Origin: an uncultured delta proteobacterium
GTDB taxonomy: Bacteria; Desulfobacterota; Binatia; HRBIN30; BPIQ01
Reading direction: 5' to 3'
Assembly (NCBI GenBank): GCA_963761335.1
Contig: CAVXGR010000017.1
Span: forward strand, 288,001-352,000
Length of the DNA: 64,000 nucleotides
In this document: in pieces, positions 8,793-18,547 of the stretch
Layout: each line of letters begins with the position of its first letter
Numbering within the stretch: the stretch's first letter is position 1
Translations under genes and position numbers: made by a program
The notes under the pieces: model-generated
The model's input: only the letters and a program-made list of their open reading frames with translations
What the model was told of the DNA's origin: nothing
The model's database searches: none

Positions 8793-9602
8793 ATGGCAGA
8801 GGATCAGAGCCTGATCGGCTGGCCGGTACTGCATCTGTACTACCGCATCGATCGCGCCCGCTGGAGCGGCCTGCCGGCGGAGCGGCGCCAGGCCGCCGTG
8901 CAGGAGTTCGAGGGCCTGCTGCGCCGCTGCGGTTCGGAGGAGGGCTTGCAGCTGATTTCCATGGCCGGCATCGCCAAGTCGGACGTCGCCTTCATGGCCG
9001 TGCATCCCGACCTGCGTCGCATTCAGCAGCTCGGCCAGGAGATCGCCGCCACCGAGCTGGGCGCCTGTCTCGTCAACGTCTACTCCTTTCTCTCGATCTC
9101 CGAGGCGAGCGAGTACATGACCAGCGCCGGCGATCACGCCCGACACCTGATCGACAAGGAAGGTCTGGATCCCGCCAGCCCCGAGTTTGCCAGCAGCCTG
9201 GGGAGCTTCCGCAAGCGGATGGCGGCCTACGCCGATGCCCGCGCGCACCCGCGTCTGCCCGACGACTTCCCGGTGCTGTGCTTCTATCCGATGCGCAAGT
9301 CGCGCACCGATGCCCGCAACTGGTACACGCTCGATTTCAACGAGCGCAAACGCTACATGGGCGGCCATGCCTCCTCCGGGAGGCGCTTTGCCGATCGCAT
9401 CACCCAGCTGATCACCAGCGCCACCGGACTCGACGATTGGGAGTGGGGCGTCACGCTGTTCTCGCGCGACCTGAAGAGCATCCGCGACATCGTCTACGAG
9501 ATGCGCTTCGACCCGGGCAGCGCCATCTACGGCGAGTTCGGACCGTTCTACATCGGCGTGCGCTTCTCGCCGGACCAGCTCGCCGCCGAGCTCAAGCTCT
9601 AG
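8793..9602 (+). CDS. chdC: coproheme decarboxylase (HemQ/ChdC; chlorite dismutase superfamily)
   Basis: CFYPMRK (Y-P-M-x-K motif), NWYTL, proximal His in MGGH, QLIT, GLDDWEWGVTLF, YEMRFD, YGEFGPFYIG; GGAGG RBS. Confidence 0.85.
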   Translation: MAEDQSLIGWPVLHLYYRIDRARWSGLPAERRQAAVQEFEGLLRRCGSEEGLQLISMAGIAKSDVAFMAVHPDLRRIQQLGQEIAATELGACLVNVYSFLSISEASEYMTSAGDHARHLIDKEGLDPASPEFASSLGSFRKRMAAYADARAHPRLPDDFPVLCFYPMRKSRTDARNWYTLDFNERKRYMGGHASSGRRFADRITQLITSATGLDDWEWGVTLFSRDLKSIRDIVYEMRFDPGSAIYGEFGPFYIGVRFSPDQLAAELKL

Positions 9603-9714
9603 GAACGCGGCGCCGAGCGAAGTCTTTGGCGCGGGGGGCTCGTTCCCGCACACCGGGGGTTTCCGAAGCCGTCTTAAAACCCCTCCGCGACGACTCCCGC
9701 CGGCTCGCGGGCCG

Positions 9715-9766
9715 AGTGGAAGCGGCGTCTCGCCGCTTCGGAAAGCGCCGGGACGGCGCTTCTACT
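9715..9766. repeat. GTAG-type REP doublet (class A)
   Basis: AAGCGGCGTCTCGCCGCTT plus AAGCGCCGGGACGGCGCTTCTAC; copies at 12911, 30145, 55897. Confidence 0.85.
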
Positions 9767-9806
9767 TTGGTTTCGCGCCAGCCTATTCAACCGCCGCTGC
9801 CGATGA

Positions 9807-10250
9807 TCAGGGGCCCGGTTCCGCCCGCAGCACCCGCACGCGCCACGACGAGAAGCGCCGCACCTGGGCGCGGATGAAGAGCATGCGGAAGGTGTCCGTT
9901 TCTCCGGGGCCAAGGGGTGGGATGTGGAGGTCGGCGCGATTCAGGCGGCCGCTCTCCACTTCGGGCAGGTTCAGGTCCTCGGCGCGGCGGTTGTAGCCGA
10001 CCTCGCTGGCGACGACTTTGCTGCTCTCGTCGAGGAGCTCGAACGCCAGCTTCACATACGCGAGCGGGTGCGCGCCGCGATTCTCCAGCTCGCCGCTGAT
10101 GACGTACCAGGAGTCGGCGTCGCCGCCGGCCAGCGCCGACGGGCTCCAGGGCCCCGCCCAGCGCGCCTGCTGGCGGGTGATGCGGATGTCCACCCGGTCC
10201 GCCGTCGGCGCGGCAGTCGCCAGGATCACCGCGAAGATCATCCGCCACAT
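9807..10250 (-). CDS. secreted hypothetical protein, FxLYD/DUF3426-like Ig-fold domain
   Basis: Signal-like MWRMIFAVILATAA; ISGELENRG...VKLAFELLDESSKVV...LGPGETDTF pattern. Confidence 0.7.
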   Translation of the reverse strand: MWRMIFAVILATAAPTADRVDIRITRQQARWAGPWSPSALAGGDADSWYVISGELENRGAHPLAYVKLAFELLDESSKVVASEVGYNRRAEDLNLPEVESGRLNRADLHIPPLGPGETDTFRMLFIRAQVRRFSSWRVRVLRAEPGP

Positions 10251-10320
10251 GTCGCCGCCAGCCTGTGTCGATCGTCGACGCGGCGCAAGGGCTCGCTGCG
10301 CGGACGGTTTCCGGCCGCGT

Positions 10321-10389
10321 GGGAGCGCGGCCGTCCCGGCCGCAGAACAGCCCCCCAAGAGCCGGAGGCGGCCAAGCTGGCCGCGCTCC
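10321..10389. repeat. REP-like inverted pair (class B, GGGAGCGCGGCC)
   Basis: GGGAGCGCGGCCGTCCCGGCCGC ... GCGGCCAAGCTGGCCGCGCTCC; related copies at 25245 and 60504. Confidence 0.7.
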
Positions 10390-10413
10390 TGTTCCCTGGT
10401 GTACTCTTCGCGC

Positions 10414-10995
10414 ATGCGAGTGATCTCCGGTGAGGCCCGCGGCCGGCGGCTGCGCGCTCCCAAGGGGAGAGGGGTGCGGCCGACGGCGTCGAAGGTGAAG
10501 GGAGCGATCTTCAACATTCTCGTTAGCCGCTTCGATCTGGTCGACGTCGAGGTCCTCGATCTCTTTGCCGGTGCCGGCGCGCTCGGCATCGAGGCTCTGA
10601 GCCGCGGCGCTCGCCGCGCCACCTTCGTCGAGGGCGGCGCCACGGCGGCCCGGGTGCTGCGCGACAATCTGCGGCAGTGCGGCTTCGCCGAGCGCTCCGC
10701 CGTCGTACAGGCGACCGTGCCCGTGGCGCTGCGGCGTCTGGCCGCCGACGGGCGGCGCTTCGACGGCGTCCTCCTCGACCCTCCCTACCGGCAGGGATGG
10801 GTGACGAGAGCGCTGCGCGCCCTGGCCGACGGGGAGCTGGTGCGTCCCAGCGGCTGGGTGATCGTCGAGCACGCCGACGACGAGGAAGTGGCACCGGCGT
10901 ATGGCCGTCTCCGGTTGACGCAGACTCGGCGCTATGGGAAGACGGCGCTTTCGATTCTCCAGGTCAATGGCGAAGACGCAGCGGCGAGCCCCTGA
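10414..10995 (+). CDS. rsmD: 16S rRNA (guanine966-N2)-methyltransferase
   Basis: MRVISGEARGRRL, VRPT, LDLFAGAGALGIEALSRGA, LDPPY, RYGKT. Confidence 0.96.
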   Translation: MRVISGEARGRRLRAPKGRGVRPTASKVKGAIFNILVSRFDLVDVEVLDLFAGAGALGIEALSRGARRATFVEGGATAARVLRDNLRQCGFAERSAVVQATVPVALRRLAADGRRFDGVLLDPPYRQGWVTRALRALADGELVRPSGWVIVEHADDEEVAPAYGRLRLTQTRRYGKTALSILQVNGEDAAASP

Positions 10996-11503
10996 GAGGG
11001 CAACGAACACGGCAGTCTATGCCGGCTCCTTCGACCCGGTCACCAACGGCCATCTGGACATCATCGAGAGATCCCTGGTGGCCTTCGATCGCGTCATCGT
11101 GGCCGTGGCCATGCGCACCTCCGATCCGGGGAAGCAGTCGGGCATGTTCAGCGGCGCCGAGCGGGTCGACATGATCCGCGCCGCCACGACCGACCTGAAG
11201 CAGCGCGTCGAGGTGGACAGCTTCACCGGCCTGCTGGTCGACTACTGCGAGCGCCGCGCCGCCAACGCCATCATTCGCGGCCTGCGAGCGGTGGCCGATT
11301 TCGAGTACGAGTTCCAGATGGCGATGATGAATCGCCACATGAGGCCGCAGATCGAGACCTTCTTCCTGGCGACCGGCTCGGCCCACTTCTACACGAGCTC
11401 GCGCCTGGTGAAGGAGGTCGCCAGCCTGGGTGGCGACACCCGTGGACTGGTTCCCGACGTCGTCTACCGCCGGCTGATGAAGAAAGTCGGTCGCAAGCCG
11501 TAG
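10967..11503 (+). CDS. coaD: pantetheine-phosphate adenylyltransferase
   Basis: YAGSFDPVTNGHLDII, IRGLRAVADFEYEFQMAMMN, SSRLVKEVA. Confidence 0.97.
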   Translation: MAKTQRRAPERATNTAVYAGSFDPVTNGHLDIIERSLVAFDRVIVAVAMRTSDPGKQSGMFSGAERVDMIRAATTDLKQRVEVDSFTGLLVDYCERRAANAIIRGLRAVADFEYEFQMAMMNRHMRPQIETFFLATGSAHFYTSSRLVKEVASLGGDTRGLVPDVVYRRLMKKVGRKP

Positions 11504-11612
11504 CCCCCTTCTTCGCGCTCCACGGACGTCGAACCGCTGCAACGGGGGCGGCTGGGATTGGCGCCGGCATGCGGCTATCATTCCGCGGTCTCCTTCGCTA
11601 CATCTCGGAGAG

Positions 11613-12809
11613 ATGAAGATGAGTCGTCGCATCAGCCAGATCAAACCGTCCGCCACCATGGCGGTCACCGAGAAGTCAGCAGCGCTGCGGGCACAGGGAG
11701 TCGACGTCATCGACTTCGGCGCCGGCGAGCCGGATTTCGACACGCCGGCGCACATCAAACGCGCCGCCGTCGAGGCTCTGGACAAGGGAGCGACCAAGTA
11801 TACGCCCGTGGGCGGCACCGCCGTCCTCAAGCAGGCGATCGTCGCCAAGCTGCACCGCGACAACAGTCTCGAGTACAGCGCCCCGGAGGTGATCGCCAGC
11901 TGCGGCGGCAAGCACTCTCTCTACCTGGCCTTCCAGGTGTGCTTCGACGACGGCGACGAGGTGCTGATTCCAGCGCCGTTCTGGGTGAGCTACCCGGACA
12001 TGCTGGCGATGGCCGGAGCGCCGGCTCGGATTCTGACGACCCGTGAGGAGGACGGTTTCAAGCTCGGCCCCGAGCAGCTGCGCGCCGCCATCGGCGAGCG
12101 CACCCGCGCCTTGGTGCTCAACAGCCCCAGCAACCCCGCCGGAGTTGCCTACGACGAGCGCGAGCTGGAGGCGCTGGCGCGGGTTCTGGTCGAGTCCAAG
12201 CTGATGCTGATCACCGACGACGTCTACGAGATGATGTCGTACGACGGCAAGCGGCCGCGGCACATCCTGCAGATGGTTCCCGAGCTGCGCGAGCGGACCC
12301 TGGTGATCAACTCGGTGTCGAAGACCTACGCGATGACCGGCTGGCGGCTCGGCTACACCGCCGGTCCCCGCGAGGTGATCGCCGGCATGGGCAAGCTGCA
12401 GGGACAGATGACCTCGAACCCCAGCGCCGTGGCCCAGGCCGCCGCCGCCGCCGCACTCGGCGGGCCGCAGGACTGCGTGGCCCCGATGATGGCCGAGTTC
12501 AAGCGCCGCCGCGACTTCATCGTCGAACGGCTCAACCGCATTCCCGGGGTGCGCTGTCTCAAGCCCCAGGGCGCCTTCTACGTGTTCCCCAATATCGGTG
12601 CCCACCTGGGGCAGAGCTGGGAGCGCGGCGCGCTCCGCAACGGCGATGATCTGGCCCTCTATCTTCTCGAGAAGGCGCACACCGCTGTCGTCGGCGGCAC
12701 CGACTTCGGCTACCCGGAGCACATCCGCATCTCCTACGCCAACTCGATGGAGAACCTGGCGCGCGGTGCCGCCGCCATCGAGGCCGCTCTCGGCCGCCTC
12801 GGCGGCTGA
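11613..12809 (+). CDS. aspC: PLP-dependent class I aminotransferase (aspartate aminotransferase-like)
   Basis: GAGEPDFDTP, LNSPSNPAG, DDVY, SVSKTYAMTGWRLG, GAFYVFP, IRISYA. Confidence 0.92.
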   Translation: MKMSRRISQIKPSATMAVTEKSAALRAQGVDVIDFGAGEPDFDTPAHIKRAAVEALDKGATKYTPVGGTAVLKQAIVAKLHRDNSLEYSAPEVIASCGGKHSLYLAFQVCFDDGDEVLIPAPFWVSYPDMLAMAGAPARILTTREEDGFKLGPEQLRAAIGERTRALVLNSPSNPAGVAYDERELEALARVLVESKLMLITDDVYEMMSYDGKRPRHILQMVPELRERTLVINSVSKTYAMTGWRLGYTAGPREVIAGMGKLQGQMTSNPSAVAQAAAAAALGGPQDCVAPMMAEFKRRRDFIVERLNRIPGVRCLKPQGAFYVFPNIGAHLGQSWERGALRNGDDLALYLLEKAHTAVVGGTDFGYPEHIRISYANSMENLARGAAAIEAALGRLGG

Positions 12810-12860
12810 GGAAAACCGGAGGGCGCAGGCCATGCCTGCGCCCTGGGTTGTCGCCCCGCA

Positions 12861-12960
12861 GGGGCGCGGGCGTGTAGCCCGGGTGCAAGAGGCTGTCTCA
12901 AAACTAGTGTCGAAGCGCCGTCCCGGCGCTTTCCGAAGCGGCGAGACGCCGCTTCTACTT
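12861..12960. repeat. composite REP: GGGGCGCGGGCGTGTAGCCCGGGTGCAA plus class A doublet
   Basis: The same two modules occur together at 30118-30199. Confidence 0.85.
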
Positions 12961-13035
12961 TGCCGGCGGAGTCGTTTTGCCCGGGCCGGCGCCCGCTGCT
13001 GACCCGCCTTGTGCCCGTGTGCTAGGATGCCGCCG

Positions 13036-13698
13036 ATGAAATACTACCCGATCTTCATGCGCCTCGAGGGGCGGCCCTGCGCCGTCCTCGGCGGCGGCGA
13101 GGTGGCGGAGCGCAAGGTCGAGGGCCTGCTCGATGCCGAGGCGCGGGTGACGGTGATCAGCCCGTCGCTAACCGGGGAGCTGGAGCGCCTGGCGCGCGAC
13201 GGTCGCATCGAGCACGTGGCGCGGGAGTACTGTCGCGGCGACCTGCGCCCGTTCTGCCTCGCCTTTGCCGCCACCGACGACGAGACCGTCAACGCGGAGG
13301 CGACCCAGGAGGCCGCCGAAACGGGGACCCTGCTCAACGTCGTCGATCGGCCGGCGCGCTGCTCCTTCATTTCGCCGGCCGTCGTGCAGCGCGGCGAGAT
13401 GATGATCGCGGTCTCCACCAGCGGCGCCAGCCCGTTGCTCTCTCGCCGCATCCGCGAGCGTCTCGAGGCCGAGTTCGGGCCGGAGTACGCCGACCTTCTC
13501 CGCCTCCTGCGCGCCGTGCGCCACCGCTTGGCGGCCAGCGGTCTCCGCGGCGAGAAGCGGCGGCGACTGCTGTCGGCGGTGATCGACTCCCCCGTGCTTG
13601 CCCACGTGCGCGAGCGCAACTGGGCGGCGGTGAACCGCCTGCTGGTCGACACCGTGGGCCCCGACTGCACCCTCGAGAACATCGGCTTGGCGGACTGA
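13036..13698 (+). CDS. sirC: precorrin-2 dehydrogenase / sirohydrochlorin ferrochelatase (SirC/Met8/CysG-N)
   Basis: YYPIF, VLGGGEVAERKV, FAATDD, NVVD.P..C.F..PA, AVSTSGASP. Confidence 0.92.
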   Translation: MKYYPIFMRLEGRPCAVLGGGEVAERKVEGLLDAEARVTVISPSLTGELERLARDGRIEHVAREYCRGDLRPFCLAFAATDDETVNAEATQEAAETGTLLNVVDRPARCSFISPAVVQRGEMMIAVSTSGASPLLSRRIRERLEAEFGPEYADLLRLLRAVRHRLAASGLRGEKRRRLLSAVIDSPVLAHVRERNWAAVNRLLVDTVGPDCTLENIGLAD

Positions 13699-13701
13699 GC
13701 G

Positions 13702-14529
13702 ATGGATCTACCGCTGCTGATCGCCACCCTCATCCTCTACATTCTCGCTACGGCCGCCTTCGTCGGGCACTTGCTGTCCTCGAGCGAGAAGCTGCGCCGG
13801 GTCGCCTTCTGGATTCTCGGCGCCGGCTTCGCCGTCGATACGCTCGCCCTGGTGGTCCGCTCGGTGGAGGGCGGCTACGTCGCCGTGACCTCGTTCTACG
13901 AAGCCGTCTCGCTGCTCGCCTGGGTGATGGTCGGCGCCTACCTGCTGGTCCAGGCGCGCTCGCGACACCAGCTCGCGGCCCTCGGCGCCTTCGTGGCGCC
14001 GCTGGCCTTTCTCTTCACCCTCTCGGCGTACGTCTTCTACTCGGGGCAGCGGAACTTCTCGGCGCGCCTACAGACCGTCTGGCTGCCGGCGCACATCGCG
14101 CCGGTGGTTCTCGGCTACGCCATTCTCGCCGTCTCCTTCTGTGTCAGCCTCGCCTATCTCCTCCAGGAGAAGCAGCTCAAGGCGAAGCGCCGTGGAGGGC
14201 TCTTCCGCCACCTGCCGTCGCTCGAGGCCCTCGACGAGCTCAACCGCCAGTTCGTCACCTGGGGGTTCTCGCTGTTCACCGTCGGCATCCTCACCGGTGC
14301 GGTTCTCGCCAAGACGCTGTGGGGGGAGTTCTGGTCCTGGGAGCCGCTCCAGGTGTGGTCGGCAATCACCTGGGCGCTCTACGCGCTGCTTCTGCAGACA
14401 CGCGCCGCGGGCTGGCGCGGGCGCAAGGCGGCGACCCTGACCATCGTGGGCTTCGCCGTTCTGCTGCTGTCCTTCTTCAGCGTCAGCATCATGTTCCCCG
14501 GGAGGCACGGCGGCGGACACTTCGGCTGA
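13702..14529 (+). CDS. ccsA: cytochrome c assembly family membrane protein (CcsA/HemX-like)
   Basis: Multiple TM segments, WLPAHI, QEKQLK, LPSLEALD, WGEFWSWEP (WWD-like), GWRGRKAA; lies upstream of hemA. Confidence 0.85.
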   Translation: MDLPLLIATLILYILATAAFVGHLLSSSEKLRRVAFWILGAGFAVDTLALVVRSVEGGYVAVTSFYEAVSLLAWVMVGAYLLVQARSRHQLAALGAFVAPLAFLFTLSAYVFYSGQRNFSARLQTVWLPAHIAPVVLGYAILAVSFCVSLAYLLQEKQLKAKRRGGLFRHLPSLEALDELNRQFVTWGFSLFTVGILTGAVLAKTLWGEFWSWEPLQVWSAITWALYALLLQTRAAGWRGRKAATLTIVGFAVLLLSFFSVSIMFPGRHGGGHFG

Positions 14530-15815
14530 TGCAGCGAGAGATCCTCATCGTCGGCCTGAGCCACCACACCGCTCCGGTCGAGGTGCGCGAGCAGTTCGCG
14601 GTCAGTGACGGCGAGCTCGACGACGCTTATCGCCGCCTCCTCTCGCTGCCGGCGGTGGAGGAGGGGGTCCTGCTCTCCACCTGCAACCGCGTCGAGGTGG
14701 TCTCCATCGCTTCGGACGCCGACAGCGCCGTGGCGCAGATCCGCGCCTTTCTGTGCGAGAGTCCCAGCGGCGAGGTGACCAAGCTCGAGGGGGATCACCT
14801 CTACGAGCACCGCGGCCGCGAGGCGGTGCGCCACGTCTTTCGGGTGGCGGCGAGCCTCGACTCGATGGTGGTCGGCGAGCCGCAGATCCTCGGGCAGATC
14901 AAGGACTCGTACACGCGCGCCTCGACGGTGGGGGCGACCGGAACGATCCTGCACCGCTGCTTCCACAAGGCGTTCTCGGTCGCCAAGCGGGTGCGCGCCG
15001 AGACCACCATCGCCAGCCGCGCCGTCTCGGTGAGCTCGGCGGCCGTCGACCTGGCGCGCAAGATCTTCGACCGGCTGGAGGACAAGGCGGCGATGCTCAT
15101 CGGCGCCGGGCGCATGAGCGAGCTGGCGGCGCGGCATCTCCTCGGGCACGGCGTCGGCGAGATGATCGTCACCAACCGGACCTTCGACCGCGCCGTCGAG
15201 CTGGCGCGCGAGTTCGGCGGCACGCCCGTCCCCTTCGAGCACTTCTCCAAGCACCTGATTCTCTCCGATATCGTCATCGGCTCGACGGCTTCTCCCGAGT
15301 ACGTGGTGACCCGGGCGATGGTCGCCGAGGTGCTGCGCGAGCGCAATCAGCGGCCGATGTTCTTCATCGACCTGAGCGTGCCCCGCAACTTCGACCCGCA
15401 GCTCAACGAGATGGACAACGTCTATCTCTACGACGTCGACGACCTCGAGGGGGTCATCGAGGGCAACCTCGGGGAGCGCGCGCGCGAGGCGGAAAAGGCG
15501 GAGGCCATGGTGGCCGAGGAGGTCGAGTCGTTCGTCGACTGGCTGGGCGCGCTCGACGTGGTGCCGACGATCGTCGCCCTGCGCGAGAAGATCGAGAGCA
15601 TCCGCCGCGGCGAGCTGGAGAAGACGCTGTCGTCGCTGCGCAACTTGGGAGAGAAGGAGCGCCAGGCGCTCGACGCCATGACCGCGGCGATCGTCAAGAA
15701 GATCCTGCACACGCCGATCGCCAAGCTCAAGCAACGGGGACATTCCCGCGCCGAGACGTATTACGTCGATGCCGCCCGCCGTCTCTTCGATCTCGGCGAT
15801 CCGGAGGACGAGTGA
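14529..15815 (+). CDS. hemA: glutamyl-tRNA reductase
   Basis: GLSHHTAPVEVRE, LSTCNRVE, SLDSMVVGEPQILGQ, IGAGRM, DLSVPRN. Confidence 0.98.
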   Translation: MQREILIVGLSHHTAPVEVREQFAVSDGELDDAYRRLLSLPAVEEGVLLSTCNRVEVVSIASDADSAVAQIRAFLCESPSGEVTKLEGDHLYEHRGREAVRHVFRVAASLDSMVVGEPQILGQIKDSYTRASTVGATGTILHRCFHKAFSVAKRVRAETTIASRAVSVSSAAVDLARKIFDRLEDKAAMLIGAGRMSELAARHLLGHGVGEMIVTNRTFDRAVELAREFGGTPVPFEHFSKHLILSDIVIGSTASPEYVVTRAMVAEVLRERNQRPMFFIDLSVPRNFDPQLNEMDNVYLYDVDDLEGVIEGNLGERAREAEKAEAMVAEEVESFVDWLGALDVVPTIVALREKIESIRRGELEKTLSSLRNLGEKERQALDAMTAAIVKKILHTPIAKLKQRGHSRAETYYVDAARRLFDLGDPEDE

Positions 15816-16735
15816 AGACGCGGCTGCGGATCGGCACCCGCGGCAGCGCCCTGGCGCTGGCGCAGTCGCGGCACGTGCTCGCCGCCATCGAGGCGATGAA
15901 TCCCGGGGTGGCGGCGGAGCTGGTGACCATCAGGACCTCGGGCGACCGCATCGCCGACCGTCCGCTCGCTGAGGTCGGCGGCAAGGGGCTCTTCGTCAAG
16001 GAGATCGAGGAGGCGCTTCTCGAGAATCGCATCGACGCCGCCGTGCACTCGATGAAGGACCTGCCGGCCGAGCTCGCCGCCGGCCTGCTGGTCGCCGCGG
16101 TGCCGCCGCGGGAGAACCCCGGCGATGTCCTCATCGCCGCCCCGCGCTGCCGTCTCGACGACCTGCCGGCCGGGGCAGTCGTCGGTACCAGCAGCCTGCG
16201 GCGCGCGGCGCTGCTGCGGCTCTTGCGGCCGGAGATCGAGGTGGTGCCGCTGCGCGGCAACGTCGATACGCGGCTGCGCAAGCTGCGCGAAGGGCAGCTC
16301 CAGGCGATCGTTCTCGCCGCCGCCGGGCTGAGGCGACTGGGCCTCGAGGTTCCCGAAGCCGTGCCGCTCGATCCGACGGAGTTCCTGCCGGCAATCGGTC
16401 AGGGCGCCCTGGCAATCGAGACGCGCGCCGATTGGGCCCGGGACCTGCTGGCGCCGCTCGATGACGCCGACGCGCGTGCGGCCGTGGACGCCGAGCGCGG
16501 CTTCATGCGCCGCGCCGAGGGAAGCTGCGTGACCCCGATGGCGGCGCACGCCTCGGTCGGTGCGGAGGAGGTGACCCTGCGCGCCGTCATTCTGAGCGAG
16601 GATGGCAGCCGTGCCGTGCGCGGCCAGCGCCGCGGTCCGCGGGCGGGGGCGGCACAGCTCGGCGCCGAGCTGGCGGCCGAGCTCCTCGACGCCGGCGGCG
16701 CCGATATCCTGAGTCGCCTGCGAGGGTCGCGGTGA
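15812..16735 (+). CDS. hemC: hydroxymethylbilane synthase
   Basis: IGTRGSALALAQ, GGKGLFVKEIE, VHSMKD, GTSSLRR, LRGNVDTRL, PAIGQGAL, GSCVTP. Confidence 0.98.
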   Translation: MKTRLRIGTRGSALALAQSRHVLAAIEAMNPGVAAELVTIRTSGDRIADRPLAEVGGKGLFVKEIEEALLENRIDAAVHSMKDLPAELAAGLLVAAVPPRENPGDVLIAAPRCRLDDLPAGAVVGTSSLRRAALLRLLRPEIEVVPLRGNVDTRLRKLREGQLQAIVLAAAGLRRLGLEVPEAVPLDPTEFLPAIGQGALAIETRADWARDLLAPLDDADARAAVDAERGFMRRAEGSCVTPMAAHASVGAEEVTLRAVILSEDGSRAVRGQRRGPRAGAAQLGAELAAELLDAGGADILSRLRGSR

Positions 16736-18255
16736 GCGGTCGCGTCTTTCTCGTCGGTGCGGGCCCCGGAGACCCGGGTCTGCTGACGATCAAGGGGCAG
16801 CGCTGCCTCGCTGCCGCCGACGTCGTGATCTACGATTATCTCGCCGACAGCTCTCTGCTGCGCTTCGCGCCGCCGGCGGCGGAGCGCATCTGTGTCGGCA
16901 AGCACGGCGGCGGCAAGCGCACCGGCCAGGAGGAGATCAATACGTTGCTGGTCGACCGCGCCCGACAGGGCAAGACGGTGGTGCGCCTCAAGGGCGGCGA
17001 TCCGTTCATCTTCGGCCGCGGCGCCGAGGAGGCGGAGGAGCTGGCGCGCTCCGGCATCGAGTTCGAGGTCGTCCCCGGTGTGACCTCCGGGACCGCGGTG
17101 CCTGCCTACGCCGGCATTCCCCTTACGCACCGCGAGTACTCTTCCAGCGTCGCTTTCCTGGCGGGCTACGAGTACCCGGACAAGGCGGAGCTGGCGGTGC
17201 CCTGGCGCGAGCTGGCGCGCAGCTTCGAGACCCTGGTGCTGTTCATGACCACACGGCAGCTGCGCAGCAACATGGAGCGCCTGATCGCCGCCGGGCTCGA
17301 CCCGCAGACCCCGGCGGCGGTGATCCGCTGGGGGACCAAGGCGCGGCAGGAGACGATCGTGGGAACCGTCGCCACCATTGCCGTGCAGGCCGAAGAGCGG
17401 CGCCTGCGGCCGCCGGCGCTCGCCGTGGTCGGGCAGGTGGTGCGCCTGCGCGAGCGCATCCAGTGGTTCGAGCGCAAGCCGCTCTCCGGGCGACGCATCG
17501 TCGTCACCCGCCCGCGCCAACAGGCGGCGCGATTCGCCGAGCTGCTCGAGGATCTGGGCGCGGAGGTCCTCTGCTTTCCGACCGTCGAGCTGCGGCCGCC
17601 GGAGTCGTGGCAGCCTCTCGACCAGGCGATTGCCGCGATCGAGAGCTTCGACTGGATCGTGTTCACCAGTGTCAACGGGGTCGCCGCTTTCCTGGAGCGC
17701 TTCGACCTCGCCCGGCGCGACCTTCGCGACCTCAAGGGCATCCACCTGGCAGCCATCGGCCCGGAGACGGCGCGGGCGCTGGAGCACCTGCACCTGCGCG
17801 TCGATGCCGTTCCCGAGGAGTATCGCGCCGAAGGGGTGCTCGAGGCGCTCGGTGAGGTGAGCGGCCGGCGCATTCTCCTGCCGCGGGCCGCCGGAGCGCG
17901 CGACATCCTGCCGCGCGAGCTCGAGCGCCGCGGCGCCGCGGTCGTGGAGACCATCGCCTATCGCGGCGTGCGCCCGGAGGCCGAGGCCGGCGAGCTGCGC
18001 GAGACGCTCGAGGCCGGCGACGTCGACATGGTGACCTTCACCAGCTCCAGCACGGTGCGCAACTTCGCCGAGATGTTCGCGCCCGGCGAGGCTGCGACTC
18101 TGTTGGGGCGCAGCGCCGTCGGTTGCATCGGCCCGATCACCGGCGATACGGCGCGCCAGCTCGGCTTCGCGGTCGCCGTGCAGCCGGCCCGCTACACCAT
18201 CCCCGATTTCGCCGAGGCGATCCGGGAGTACTTCGCTTCGATGCCGCGGCGGTAG
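16732..18255 (+). CDS. cobA: uroporphyrinogen-III C-methyltransferase / uroporphyrinogen-III synthase fusion (CobA-HemD)
   Basis: LVGAGPGDPGLLT, RLKGGDPFIFGRG, IPLTHR; HemD half VVTRP, FTSVNGV, AIGPET, FTSSSTV. Confidence 0.97.
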   Translation: MSGRVFLVGAGPGDPGLLTIKGQRCLAAADVVIYDYLADSSLLRFAPPAAERICVGKHGGGKRTGQEEINTLLVDRARQGKTVVRLKGGDPFIFGRGAEEAEELARSGIEFEVVPGVTSGTAVPAYAGIPLTHREYSSSVAFLAGYEYPDKAELAVPWRELARSFETLVLFMTTRQLRSNMERLIAAGLDPQTPAAVIRWGTKARQETIVGTVATIAVQAEERRLRPPALAVVGQVVRLRERIQWFERKPLSGRRIVVTRPRQQAARFAELLEDLGAEVLCFPTVELRPPESWQPLDQAIAAIESFDWIVFTSVNGVAAFLERFDLARRDLRDLKGIHLAAIGPETARALEHLHLRVDAVPEEYRAEGVLEALGEVSGRRILLPRAAGARDILPRELERRGAAVVETIAYRGVRPEAEAGELRETLEAGDVDMVTFTSSSTVRNFAEMFAPGEAATLLGRSAVGCIGPITGDTARQLGFAVAVQPARYTIPDFAEAIREYFASMPRR

Positions 18256-18342
18256 GCGGGTTCAGCCGGCGTCATCGGGGAGGACGGCCGGCTACAGAAC
18301 GCAAAGTCGCAAAGCTGGGCTGCCCAGGAACGACAATGTCAG

Positions 18343-18385
18343 CGGTTCTGCATCTCCGGTCACCGGTTTTTCATTCTCCATTTCT
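18343..18385. repeat. half copy of the 7-bp tandem element at 52258-52300
   Basis: CGGTTCTGCATCTCCGGTCACCGGTTTTTCATTCTCCATTTCT matches 52258-52300 at 40/43. Confidence 0.8.
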
Positions 18386-18547
18386 TTCCCGCGGCGATTG
18401 CTAGCTAAGCTAGACTTCCGGCGCATCGCGCTCGTCGATCTCGATCACGAGGCGCGACTCACTGTGGAGCCGCAGCTCGTGATCGCGGCCGCTTCGTACT
18501 GCGACCAGTCTCAAGCACAGAAGCCTTGCATGTCCGCGGAGCCGTAT

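Noticed and set aside
12889..12907. GAGGCTGTCTCAAAA resembling an IS terminal repeat (loosely similar at 63040)
   Set aside because: No matching inverted end, target duplication or transposase in the window
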